Below, piece by piece: positions 9,605 to 19,300 of a stretch of 54,809 nt of DNA. Location: IMG/VR virus record IMGVR_UViG_3300045988_019169, positions 1 to 54,809 of that record, one strand, 5' to 3'. Below the pieces are notes generated by a model. The model ran no database searches. It was not told where the DNA came from and saw only the letters and a program-made list of their open reading frames with translations. The stretch comes from a virus. Made by a program: the position numbers and the translations under genes. How positions within the stretch are numbered: position 1 is the first letter of the stretch; every line of letters begins with the position of its first letter.

Positions 9605-10200
9605 TCTCCTCTCGATACAAAGATATTAGATTTCAAGATACAAACTGGGCGAATGCCGTTGAAGGAGTCATAGCTGTAGTAGCTGAAATCGCCAGATGGA
9701 TGAACAGCGGCTATTACGTACAGATAACCTCTTTCTTCCGTAGACCAAGGTGTGCATGTCCACCACCAATCGTCTAAATCCTTATTAACAAGTAAAACAT
9801 TGTACTGCCTTGCTTCATCAAACGTGATAGGTCTTACCTTGCAAGTGCAAGGCTCAAACTCATGCTGCATATCAACTGAAGTTAAATCAACAATATGCTC
9901 GACAAGATTATCTGCTCCTAATTCAGCTTCAATAATAGGCTGTATCTCGCTCTCAATAACTTCCTTGAGGTTTGACTTGCTGTAATCTCGTGTATCTTTG
10001 TCAAAGTCAGTACTACCTGTCATGAAGCCCTTAGATATTACCTTTGTAGCTCCATTCTTCTGTTCAAGCACAATAAAATCATGCTCTCCTATCTTGAATA
10101 CCTCGCCCGGTTTAAGCTCCAATAACTGTACTTTGTTAGCTTTTTCAGCTTCTTCTAACTGCTTGACAAGCTCTCTTGCCATATCTAACGCCTTGCTCAT
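9601..10200 (-). CDS. DUF6273-like protein, paralog 2
   Basis: LKPGEVFKIGEHDFIVLE..DDWWWTCTPW..IRPVCIL. Same architecture as the neighbouring gene. Confidence 0.6.
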   Translation of the reverse strand: MSKALDMARELVKQLEEAEKANKVQLLELKPGEVFKIGEHDFIVLEQKNGATKVISKGFMTGSTDFDKDTRDYSKSNLKEVIESEIQPIIEAELGADNLVEHIVDLTSVDMQHEFEPCTCKVRPITFDEARQYNVLLVNKDLDDWWWTCTPWSTEERGYLYVIAAVHPSGDFSYYSYDSFNGIRPVCILKSNIFVSRGE

Positions 10201-10202
10201 TT

Positions 10203-10367
10203 TTACTCCTCACTTTCCGATGACTCTGCATTGTCTACTGCAAGTGCTAAAAATTCGTCAAATTCATCTGTCGTAATATCCCAACTGTCGCACCAATCAA
10301 TTAAAGATGTTCTTTGACACTCTTTTTTAATTGCATATGCTATCGTTTCCGCTTTTGATTTCTTCAT
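10203..10367 (-). CDS. small acidic protein (54 aa)
   Basis: Manual translation MKKSKAETIAYAIKKECQRTSLIDWCDSWDITTDEF.. Confidence 0.4.
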   Translation of the reverse strand: MKKSKAETIAYAIKKECQRTSLIDWCDSWDITTDEFDEFLALAVDNAESSESEE

Positions 10368-10368
10368 A

Positions 10369-12294
10369 TTACCCCTCCACAATCTCTAATTTCTCGCTAT
10401 CATCAACAACCAGCATAATCAACTGACTATCAACCATTTCAGCAACTTTCTTCTGATTAGTGTTGTCAAGGCTCTCACTATCATCTAAGATAATAGGTAC
10501 TGACATACCGCTAATCTTCTGAATAGAGTTACATATATCAACCCTACCAAGAATCCTGTTACCCTTATTACTCATAGTTGTAAGAATTGACTTTCCATCA
10601 ACTGTCGGTATGCAAACTGACTTGTAACCACCCGACTTGTTCAATTCAAACAGCTTCCACTTAACTAATGAGAAATGACTGTTAATGCTGTCAGATAATG
10701 TTTCATTCTTCGCCTTATCCAGTTCATCAAGCAAGTCAAGGATTTTTTCAGCATTAGCCTTATTCTGTTCCTGTGTACGCTGTTCTGCCCTTAATTCTTC
10801 AAGCCGCTGTTCGTCTTTCTCTGTGTTACTTTCAGCTATCTTTCGCTCACATTCTGACAACTGCTGCCTAAGTTCGCTTTCCTGTGCCTTTAATTCAGCC
10901 TTGACCGCCGATATGTCATTAGCCTTGTGAATAGCCTGTTCCTTTTCGGCTATCTCATTAGCAAGTGCCTTGTATTCTTCTGAATCGGTAATATCAATCT
11001 CCTGCGGCAATTCCGTCAACTGCTCTGTAAAAACTTCGATAGCTGTATTCAGCATTCCAAGACTTTCCTTGTGCTGCGGAAACTCTGCTTCGAGGTCTGC
11101 AAGCGTTTTCTTCTCCTTGCTCAGTCTGTCCGCGTAAAGGTTTCCGTTATCTGTGATGGACTTTAACATGTCTGCCTTGTGCTTCTTGAAGTCGGCTCTT
11201 AACTGCTCTTTCTTGTCCTCACCGTATTCACTGCCACAATAAGGGCAGATAAGACTGTTTTCGTCAAACTGGCGGTTATTCTCCTCAGTCCACTTCTTAC
11301 GCTCTACATTGAGATAGTCGGTTATACTCTCAATGGTTTTCTTTGACAGTTCAATGCAACGCTCTGTCTCACTGATAGTCTTTTCTGTCTGTTTAACAAG
11401 GAACTTCTTGTCGGCAATCTTATCCTCAATCTCTCGTTTTGCCTTGATATTATCCTCATTAGCCTTGCGTGATAAGTCTCCCTGCTTAAACTTCAAGTCA
11501 AGAATATCAGCACTAGCCTTGTCATATTCAGCCAACATCTTGTCAGTGTCCGTCTGATTGGCTATGCAATTACTTATCTGCTCCTTAAGGCTATTTCTGT
11601 GTAATTCAAGGTCAGATACATCTGTGTCCTGCTTAATCTGAATATCTCTTTCCTTTTCCTTAATCTGTCCGTCAAGGATAGGTAAATCCTTTGTGATTTT
11701 AGCCTTAGTAGCCTTATTCATAGCGGATAATTCTTCTGTTGTGTATTTCTCTAACAGCGGTACTAACTCGGCTAATTCAGCCTTAGAACGTGCTATATCA
11801 AGGTCTGTCACATTCTCAACAAGACTAAATAAGTATTCTCTCATTTCAGCCGGCTTCTGATTTAGAAATGCGTTGATATTGCTGCACATCTTGAATACGC
11901 TCATATCAATGTCAAGATATGCATTGAAATCCTTTAAATTCTTACGAACGTCATTGACAAAGTATGCATTATCATCCTTGTAACTGCTGCCATCCTTGCT
12001 ATAAGTACGCTTCTGTACTTTCTTCATAGTGACTTCTTTTCCGTCAACATCAAGTGTAAGTTCAACTGATACGTCCATATCATCAACTGATACTCCGTCA
12101 ACTTCTCTTCTGACAACCGGATTATCTTTCAGCTCATAATCGCAGTTGAATAAACACCACAAATACGCGGTTGCTATTGTTGACTTGCCGACACCGTTCT
12201 TAGCCATAAGCTTAGTAATGGCGTAAAAATCAAAATCCTTGCTTGCGTAACACATGAAGTTCTCAACCCTCATGTTCAAAAGCTTAATATTCAT
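10369..12294 (-). CDS. Rad50/SbcC-like AAA ATPase with coiled coil and CxxC hook
   Basis: Walker A AKNGVGKST, long coiled coil with CPYCGSEY, C-terminal PIILDDSESLD. Confidence 0.8.
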   Translation of the reverse strand: MNIKLLNMRVENFMCYASKDFDFYAITKLMAKNGVGKSTIATAYLWCLFNCDYELKDNPVVRREVDGVSVDDMDVSVELTLDVDGKEVTMKKVQKRTYSKDGSSYKDDNAYFVNDVRKNLKDFNAYLDIDMSVFKMCSNINAFLNQKPAEMREYLFSLVENVTDLDIARSKAELAELVPLLEKYTTEELSAMNKATKAKITKDLPILDGQIKEKERDIQIKQDTDVSDLELHRNSLKEQISNCIANQTDTDKMLAEYDKASADILDLKFKQGDLSRKANEDNIKAKREIEDKIADKKFLVKQTEKTISETERCIELSKKTIESITDYLNVERKKWTEENNRQFDENSLICPYCGSEYGEDKKEQLRADFKKHKADMLKSITDNGNLYADRLSKEKKTLADLEAEFPQHKESLGMLNTAIEVFTEQLTELPQEIDITDSEEYKALANEIAEKEQAIHKANDISAVKAELKAQESELRQQLSECERKIAESNTEKDEQRLEELRAEQRTQEQNKANAEKILDLLDELDKAKNETLSDSINSHFSLVKWKLFELNKSGGYKSVCIPTVDGKSILTTMSNKGNRILGRVDICNSIQKISGMSVPIILDDSESLDNTNQKKVAEMVDSQLIMLVVDDSEKLEIVEG

Positions 12295-12447
12295 TCCTCT
12301 TAGTCCTCCTTCTGAACGGCTCCTGTAATCTTGCCGTCCTCAATAATCACTCCCATTTTCTCTGCTTCGCATACAATAGCCAGCTCTTTTACCGCTAATG
12401 CGTTTAAGTCTGTAATAACCATCACGTTTTACCTCCTTTTAAATGTT

Positions 12448-12843
12448 TCACTCCCTTATCCTCACTCTCCAATCTTCCCAAACACCGAACGCCAAAGCGT
12501 CAGCGTGGTTCTCAAAATATATGTCAATCCTGTTGCCCTTGATTGCACCGCCACAGTCCTCGGCTATAAATGTTCCGATTCCCTCAATATCTACCATAGA
12601 ACCATAAGGAATAACCGTAGGGTCTACCGCTATGGTAACGCCCTCAATAGCATAAGTTCCTGTTGCAGTTATTCGGTCATTCTTTCCACAACACTTCTCA
12701 CAACCGCAATATGCTGTAAGCGTGAACGTCTGCCATTCGTCCGATGTTTCCTGAATAGGACCATATATCGGCTTCTCTATGTAGTTGAGCACTGTCGGTG
12801 CAACGCATATACATGCGGCACACAAAATGCTTAGAATTGACAT
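12448..12843 (-). CDS. secreted 3D-domain (RlpA/MltA-like) cell-wall protein
   Basis: N-terminal hydrophobic signal; FTLTAYCGCEKCCGK..TATG..IAVDPTVIPYGS..DCGGAIKGNRIDIYF. Confidence 0.75.
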   Translation of the reverse strand: MSILSILCAACICVAPTVLNYIEKPIYGPIQETSDEWQTFTLTAYCGCEKCCGKNDRITATGTYAIEGVTIAVDPTVIPYGSMVDIEGIGTFIAEDCGGAIKGNRIDIYFENHADALAFGVWEDWRVRIRE

Positions 12844-13568
12844 TATCCTCTCCCTAAAAACTTATTAACAAAATAAACTTGTCCTTTGCCTGTAACCTTT
12901 GTTGTGCGTGTAGTCCTTACACTTCCGTCAGGATTCTGCACGTTGCTTTCCTTGACCTCGAATAAGCCCTGTTCAACATATCTCTGCATAGGCATATTGT
13001 AAGAACTTCCGCTCTTGACTAAATATCCGTTGTTGCGCAACCAGTCAAACAACCGCTTCTGTCCTATTTGGTAGCCGTTCTGACATATCAGCTTCGCCAA
13101 GTCTCCGACAAGAATTGAAGTCTTGCTCGTAGCCACAGCATCAGCAAAAATTTCTTTCGGCTTCATTCTCTCATTAGCTTCGATAAGTTTTATGTTATTC
13201 TCTTTCAAACTATCTATTGTCTGATTGGCAATTTTTAATGCTCTTGCCATTACCTGCTCTGGCGTGTTCCAAGCCTTTTCAACGTCTATAAGGTATTGCC
13301 TGCAAGCCTTACCTTTATCCGTTCTGCTCATAAGGCAAATGTGCTTTGCCATATCGACAGACAAGTTATAGTCTTGAATTTCCTTTTCTCCACCGTACTG
13401 ATTGCTCTGTACCTTTAGGTACGCACCTGTAAAATCTTCTCCCTCAACAAACCCCTGAGAATTTGTCTCAAACCAAGCACTAAATCTTTTCTCAACTCCA
13501 AGGGCTTCATGTAGTTCTCTCGCTGATACAACCTGTGCATCAGCGTCAACTTTGATTAATTCGTTCAT
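12843..13568 (-). CDS. antirepressor (AntA N-terminal plus KilAC C-terminal domains)
   Basis: VVSARELHEALGVEKRFSAWFETN..GEDF and FADAVATSKTSILVGDLAKL..LFDWLRNNGYL. Start set at MNELIKV after an AAAGGAG Shine-Dalgarno. Confidence 0.8.
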   Translation of the reverse strand: MNELIKVDADAQVVSARELHEALGVEKRFSAWFETNSQGFVEGEDFTGAYLKVQSNQYGGEKEIQDYNLSVDMAKHICLMSRTDKGKACRQYLIDVEKAWNTPEQVMARALKIANQTIDSLKENNIKLIEANERMKPKEIFADAVATSKTSILVGDLAKLICQNGYQIGQKRLFDWLRNNGYLVKSGSSYNMPMQRYVEQGLFEVKESNVQNPDGSVRTTRTTKVTGKGQVYFVNKFLGRG

Positions 13569-13624
13569 TCTTCTCCTTTCTTGTGTTATAATCTCCTTAT
13601 CATTCAATAAGGAGGTGACTTGCT

Positions 13625-13804
13625 TTGCCAGTTGAACAAATTGTGTCTGCTTATGCTACCGCTAAGATTTGCGGTTATAACGGCTCTTTAGATGATTTCA
13701 AGAAACTGTACGTCCAATACTATTCGGAAATCATAAACTCCCTGCCGGCTGAAAAACCGCAATCAGCAAAAATTGAAGCGGCAATCAACCCTTTCCGTAG
13801 GTAG
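13625..13804 (+). CDS. candidate small + strand ORF (59 aa, TTG start) inside the - strand early region
   Basis: AAGGAGGTGA lies 6 nt upstream of TTG. The 3' end overlaps the convergent gene 13785-14039. Confidence 0.3.
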   Translation: MPVEQIVSAYATAKICGYNGSLDDFKKLYVQYYSEIINSLPAEKPQSAKIEAAINPFRR

Positions 13805-14039
13805 ACTTGCTTCTAAAAGCTTCAATCACTGGCGTAATGGCGGTGAGAACTTTGATAGACAGCTCAATGTTAGTTTCTTCAATCTTCTTACCGCCATTTA
13901 TAATGTCCTGATAATCGTCAATGACATCCATTGCTATGTGCTGTGCAAGTTCGTCAACCCCGATGTATCGGTCATCATCTTTCTTGACTATCACAGCTTT
14001 TCCAGTACTGTCTACAATACTGTATCTCTGCTTATCCAT
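13785..14039 (-). CDS. hypothetical early protein
   Basis: ORF. Confidence 0.5.
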   Translation of the reverse strand: MDKQRYSIVDSTGKAVIVKKDDDRYIGVDELAQHIAMDVIDDYQDIINGGKKIEETNIELSIKVLTAITPVIEAFRSKSTYGKG

Positions 14040-14041
14040 TC

Positions 14042-14200
14042 TTACTCCTTTCTGCTGTTCTCTGTGTCTGTGTGCTCGCTCTGCTGATTCTGCTCTGCCA
14101 TGTTCTCGACTTTGCCGAGAATATAGCCCTTATCGAAATCTGACATCTTAGGAATTGCATCCTTGAGCTTTTCAACTATCTGTTTTTCTCTCTCACTCAT
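14042..14200 (-). CDS. first early-operon protein (52 aa, no obvious HTH)
   Basis: Start set at MSEREKQIVEKL after an AAAGGAG Shine-Dalgarno, downstream of a consensus promoter. Confidence 0.5.
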   Translation of the reverse strand: MSEREKQIVEKLKDAIPKMSDFDKGYILGKVENMAEQNQQSEHTDTENSRKE

Positions 14201-14233
14201 GTAATCGCTCCTTTCTGTTGACCCTGTAAGCAT

Positions 14234-14262
14234 ACAATAGCACACTATGTTAGCATTGTCAA
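14234..14262 (-). promoter_or_regulatory. early lytic promoter (TTGACA, 17 nt spacer, TATTGT)
   Basis: -35 at 14257-14262 and -10 at 14234-14239 on the - strand. Confidence 0.6.
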
Positions 14263-14271
14263 TACTTTTTG

Positions 14272-14300
14272 TTGACTTTGTTTGCATTGCGTGTTATATT
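14272..14300 (+). promoter_or_regulatory. repressor promoter (TTGACT, 17 nt spacer, TATATT)
   Basis: Back-to-back with the early promoter. GCATTG repeats at about 14253 and 14284. Confidence 0.55.
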
Positions 14301-14325
14301 ATGATTACAGAAAAGAGGTGAGACA

Positions 14326-14685
14326 ATGAACGAACGTATCAAGGCATTAAGAGAAAGCTTAAAGAAAAGTCAAGAAGAGTTCGGAAAAGATTTAGGATTG
14401 ACAAGAAACTACATTTCATTAGTGGAAAATGGAAATAGAAATCTTTCTGGACAAACTATCAAATTGCTGTGTTCAATGTTTAATGTTAATGAAGATTGGC
14501 TGCTGACTGGCAATGGAAATATGTTTATTGAAAAGTCTAAAGATGAGCAAATTGCTGAACTGCTTGGAGAAATTCAAAAAAGTGGTGAAAATAATTTTAA
14601 GCATAGACTTGTGAGTGCTTTAGCGAAACTCAATGAAAGTGACTGGGATAGCTTAGAGAAGTTAATAGACTTGATGACAAAATAA
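14326..14685 (+). CDS. XRE-family CI-like repressor
   Basis: HTH KKSQEEFGKDLGLTRNYISLVENGNRNLS; divergent from the early operon. Confidence 0.85.
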   Translation: MNERIKALRESLKKSQEEFGKDLGLTRNYISLVENGNRNLSGQTIKLLCSMFNVNEDWLLTGNGNMFIEKSKDEQIAELLGEIQKSGENNFKHRLVSALAKLNESDWDSLEKLIDLMTK

Positions 14686-14686
14686 G

Positions 14687-14723
14687 AAAAACTGGGAGGT
14701 TTTAATTCTCCCAGTCTTTTTTT
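14687..14723. terminator. bidirectional intrinsic terminator
   Basis: ACTGGGAG/CTCCCAGT stem flanked by an A-run and a T-run. Confidence 0.75.
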
Positions 14724-14835
14724 ATTTTAAGAGTGTTTTTACATAAGCATATATTGTCTTTATCCAGTGAATGTTATTACACTTTTGTATCAGTTCGATT
14801 ATCTTATGCTTGTAGTCCTCAATATCCTCTCCCAA
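14722..14835 (-). CDS. candidate 37-aa ORF (TTG start)
   Basis: GGGAGGG lies 6 nt upstream of TTG; GEDIEDYKHKIIELIQKCNNIHWIKTIYAYVKTLLK. Confidence 0.3.
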   Translation of the reverse strand: MGEDIEDYKHKIIELIQKCNNIHWIKTIYAYVKTLLK

Positions 14836-15056
14836 AGTTCAACCCTCCCAAAATCCACACGTTCCCAGTAGCGATGTACCCATTATGGAACATCAGTTCG
14901 ATATTGTCAAGCACAAGGAACGGTGCAACGCCAATCACACCGCTCCTCGCCGAAGCTTGATGTCGTTCCAGTTAGGAACACGTTGAGCATAACACAGAAT
15001 CAACGGTAACTCACTCTCAATCGTGCCAAAAAAATCGACAAAATACGCAGAATTAC

Positions 15057-15418
15057 AAGACGGTTTACCTTGATGATGTTGCCAAGAAGTATCTGAAAGA
15101 CTATATTGCGTCAAGGAATAGCTCTAACAGCCCCAATAAGCCGCTTTTCACCCAAAGCCGAACAACTAAGCCTATGAGTGATGAAGCCGTCAGAGGAAGC
15201 CTTAAACGCATTAAGAGCAATGCCAAGATTGACCGCCGCATATATCCTCACCTATTCCGCAAGCCACCGCCACAAACATTGTCAAACGTGGCGGTTCGGT
15301 GCATGATGCCGAAGAATACCTCGGACGTAAAGGCCAAAGTGTTACCGGCAAGCATTACAGCTATATAAGTGAGGAGCACACCCGGAATATCTTTGAGAAA
15401 TATGTGGCTACGGTGTGA
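15057..15418 (+). pseudogene. tyrosine recombinase/integrase remnant (5'-truncated, frameshifted catalytic domain)
   Basis: KTVYLDDVAKKYLKDYIASR..RIYPHLFR in one frame, then ATATNIVKRGGSVHDAEEYLGRK..GKHYSYISEEH in the next. Confidence 0.75.
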
Positions 15419-15666
15419 TGCCGTAGCCATGTAAATAATAATTTGCACAAAAATAAATTGATGCAAATACGTTTTGCCATAAAATGGCGTACAGATGGCA
15501 ACGAAGTGGTAGAATTTAGCGATATAAATACTACACAATACATAGCATTCCTCATTACGAATACCGGTGATATTCTTACGGACTTTAAGATAATCAATTC
15601 CTCCTCTTTTAATATACAATGGGGCGAAGGTAAAGGAAACATAGGAATAGCTATTGTAATGGAGTA

Positions 15667-16110
15667 TTAGCTATTAGCGTAAAAAGCATGTGAAGCAATC
15701 CACAAGGCTGAAACCTGAGAATTTCTTTTGGTGGGATATAACTTTATCTCACCCGTCGGGTATATACGCCCTGCACACGGCAAATCTTCGTTATTGTCTA
15801 TAAATATCAATGCTGTGTCTGCTTGTGGACGAAAGCCTTCGGGTAATATTCCTATACTAATACCTGTTCCTGCCAGGCATACATCCGTGAAACGTATATT
15901 TACGAAGACCATATTTCTTTCTTTAACAATTTCGGATGAAAGATTTTTAACTCCAATATTGGTCAATTCCGCAGTTTTGACGTGCAAATTATTATTTACT
16001 TCGTTTACAGCCTCCGCCGTTGCCTTAACACCACCCTCAATATTATTAAGCTTATCGGGGGTAAGTTCCTCACCATACCCCCATGTATGCTGATTATATT
16101 CTACTGCCAT
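15667..16110 (-). CDS. tail-fibre-associated / receptor-binding-like protein
   Basis: HTWGYGEELTPDKLNNIEGGV motif typical of fibre tips; last gene of the tail module. Confidence 0.55.
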   Translation of the reverse strand: MAVEYNQHTWGYGEELTPDKLNNIEGGVKATAEAVNEVNNNLHVKTAELTNIGVKNLSSEIVKERNMVFVNIRFTDVCLAGTGISIGILPEGFRPQADTALIFIDNNEDLPCAGRIYPTGEIKLYPTKRNSQVSALWIASHAFYANS

Positions 16111-16113
16111 AGT

Positions 16114-16341
16114 TTATGCCTCACTTTCTTTCTGTTCTGTTGCCTTATCGGCATTTCTTTTAAGTTGCGCCGCTTTTTCTAATTCCGCTGCCTCGCGGAC
16201 AACTATCTCGTCTGCGTCCTTCTCCGTCTGCGCGGTTAAATCCCTTAGAACCAGAAACTTAACCTCCGCTTCTATCGGTGACTTCCTAATGTAGGACATT
16301 AACGAATTGCGGAACATCCTAATGTCATAGTTACTGCTCAT
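16114..16341 (-). CDS. hypothetical protein
   Basis: ORF. Confidence 0.5.
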   Translation of the reverse strand: MSSNYDIRMFRNSLMSYIRKSPIEAEVKFLVLRDLTAQTEKDADEIVVREAAELEKAAQLKRNADKATEQKESEA

Positions 16342-19300
16342 ATTTTTCCTCCTGCTTTTTTTCGAGCTCGTATAAACGAGCTTTTAATTTTTGAATTTGC
16401 CATACGCACAGGGCTATAAGCTCCTGTTTATCAACACCCAGCTTTTCCTCATCCTCATGGTCAAATAATGCCATATCATTGGTAATTCCTAAATTTGCAA
16501 TAGCTTTTTCGATATCTTGTGCGATAAAACCTAAGTGCCTTTGCGTTTCAATATAACCTGTTCCCTTGTTATAATAGAACGCTGCTGGCGAAAGGCTGTT
16601 GAAAAGTTCTTCCATCTTCTCTTCATCGTCCAAGTACTTTATGTCATTCTTATAGCGTATATCAGATGTGCTATTAGCCATTAGTGCGACATTATACCAT
16701 CTAGCACGTTGTGAGTAGTACGCTCCTGAGCCACTCGCATACGCTCCTGTGAAGAACTCTGCTTCGTTGCGAAATCTTAGAAGTCCACCAACATACATAC
16801 TTTGTTTTCCGCTAGTATCCATAAAATACGCTGGTGTATCTAAGGCATTTTCTTCTCCTGTAGCAGGGTTCTTGCCAACCATCCACCATCCTACCGAATT
16901 AATGATTGTATTCCATCCACCCGAGTCGTTGGTAAACGCAACGGCACTTCCCATAATATTGCATCCGCTGATAGTTAATGCCTTAATCGTTCCTGTAGTA
17001 ATATTATCAGCATTGATTATGGTCTGCCCGCTTTCCTTTAGAGAAGAAATTGTAACCAAGCCTTGTAAGTCAAGCTTGCTGGATGCTATTTTGACTTGCT
17101 CGGCACTTGCATTGATTTCTGTTATCAGTTCTTTTTTTTCGACTTTTGCGCTCAGCCCTTCTGCTGTGGCATCCAATGTGGTCTTCATATCATCTACAGT
17201 TTTTTTTGTCGCATAGCTTTTACTGATTTCAAATTTAATTCCTTCTGCGCTTTCGCTTATCGCTAAGTTCATCTGCGTAGTGGTTGAATAATTGCTTATC
17301 GTCTTGCTAAAGTCCTCTTTCAGTTCATCCGCTGAGAGTTTAATGCTTGCCTGAGCATCAATCTTGGTTATGTAATCTGAGTTAACCTTAGTCTCGAACT
17401 TTGATAAATCAGCAGATAGTCCGTCTGCCGTAGCTTTATACTCAGCTAACTTCTTATTGACCCACGAAAATTCGGTATCGCCAACATCGGAAAACCCCCA
17501 TGTGGCACCGCTCTTGATGAACCTGTACGTCTTGCCGGCAACCTCATCATAAACAAGTGCTCTGTTGTGTTTCTTATAGCTTGCGTCTGAATAAGTAAAC
17601 CTCAATCCCTGCGTAAGCTTATCACCCACCACTGGTCCCGATGTCCAGTTGTACGCCGGATAATTTTGTAAGGTTGGGGTTCCTTGTATGGTGTAGACCT
17701 CATTGGCACCATCAAGAGCTTCATTAACCTCACTTATCTGTGCCGTAAGTCCCTCTGCTGTCCTGTTGAACTCTGCACTCAATGTGTTGACATAATCCCT
17801 AGTTGTGTACGTCTTAGATATATCTTCCTTGATTCCGTCTGCTGTGGTCGCTACAAGTGTCTCGGCATCAATCTGTGTGATATACTCATTCGTCACCTTG
17901 GTTGACAACTGCTCAACGCTCTGAGTAATTCCTTGTGCAGTTACATTAAGGTCTGCTATCTGCTTCTGAATCACCGAATATTCAGTGTCGGCTATCGGCT
18001 CCCATATCCACATATCATCCTTTTTTATAAAACGGTATGTAGTCGCCGTATCCTCATCGAAAAACAATGTCCTCTGGTGTTTACGATACACCTCATCCGA
18101 ATAAGTGAACTTTGTGCCCTCAACAAGTACATCGCCAACCTTGGGACCGGCTACCCAGTTGTATGCTGGGTAATTATAAAGTGTCGGTACTCCGTGACCG
18201 TTGATGACGGTTATCTCGCCATCTATCTGCGATTGCAAACTCTGTATCTTTACATCCAGTTCCGATGCGGTCTGTGTTATCTCATTCTTTAATCCGGCTT
18301 CAACATTCGATATTTCCGCTTTGTTCTGGTCTACATCACGGATTAGTCGGTTTACCCTGCCTTTAAGCTGCGTAATTGACTTATTAGAGCTATTTACTTG
18401 TGTGGTGCGTAATTGTTCGCCTTGTGCCGTATAACTGTCTGTAAGGGCTTGTATGCCCTTTAGGATGCGTTCTAAGACATAAGTGTTTATCTCTGCATAC
18501 TTGCTTGATAGCTTAATTGCATCACCGACTTCGATACATGGGTTTCCGGAACTTGATATCTCTGCCGGACGGTACGTTATGCCTTTAATCTTGTCGAATA
18601 TATTAGTTGCAATAGTCTTTAGTGTCGCCGCATCCTTGCCGTACACAAGAAAGTTATTCTCGATAACGTAAGTGTTACTGCCTGTGCCGACAATAGCTCC
18701 TATATCGTTCTCGTCCTGTCTAATTTGCAACTTGTCAATCTGTGACACAATGTAGTCTTGATAATCAGCACTTGTGTAATGATTCTTGTCGATTGTTATA
18801 GGTGACGTATTATCAAGATACACATATTCGAACTGCCCGCTTCTGCCGATATGCCCCAAGCAACCGTTAATCTCGCAGATAGCATTGAGAACTTGACCGC
18901 CGCTAAGTTCGTCAGTGTCAACGGCTCTGCTTACAGTCATAGTATCGTTGGCAAGAGTAATCTCTTTTTGTGCAATGCCAAAATGAGCAAAAAAACTGTC
19001 TCTGAAAGTCTTGAATGTGATGTAAGTGTCCGTTGTTGGCAAGATACTGTTGTACCAATCAACCACATCGGCGTTAATCACATCGTACAACGCATCGTAA
19101 GCCTCAATCTCGCGTTTAATTCGGTCTGCCGTAGGTTTATCAGACACCACCTTATAACGCCCTAAAATGAACGAATTATCGCTGTTGCCGTCAAGGATTA
19201 TCTTGACAGTTATCCACTTGTCTTTCAGTGAAGTGAAAATATTTGAAATTGTGAACTTAACCGTCGCCGCTTCACACGCTCCGAATGTCAGTTCACTCTC

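Noticed and set aside
14042-14287. Full 81-aa track ORF as a Cro-like protein
   Set aside because: The upstream third overlaps the -10/-35 of the early promoter. The internal ATG at 14200 has a Shine-Dalgarno. No HTH is visible, so the gene is called only as the first early gene.
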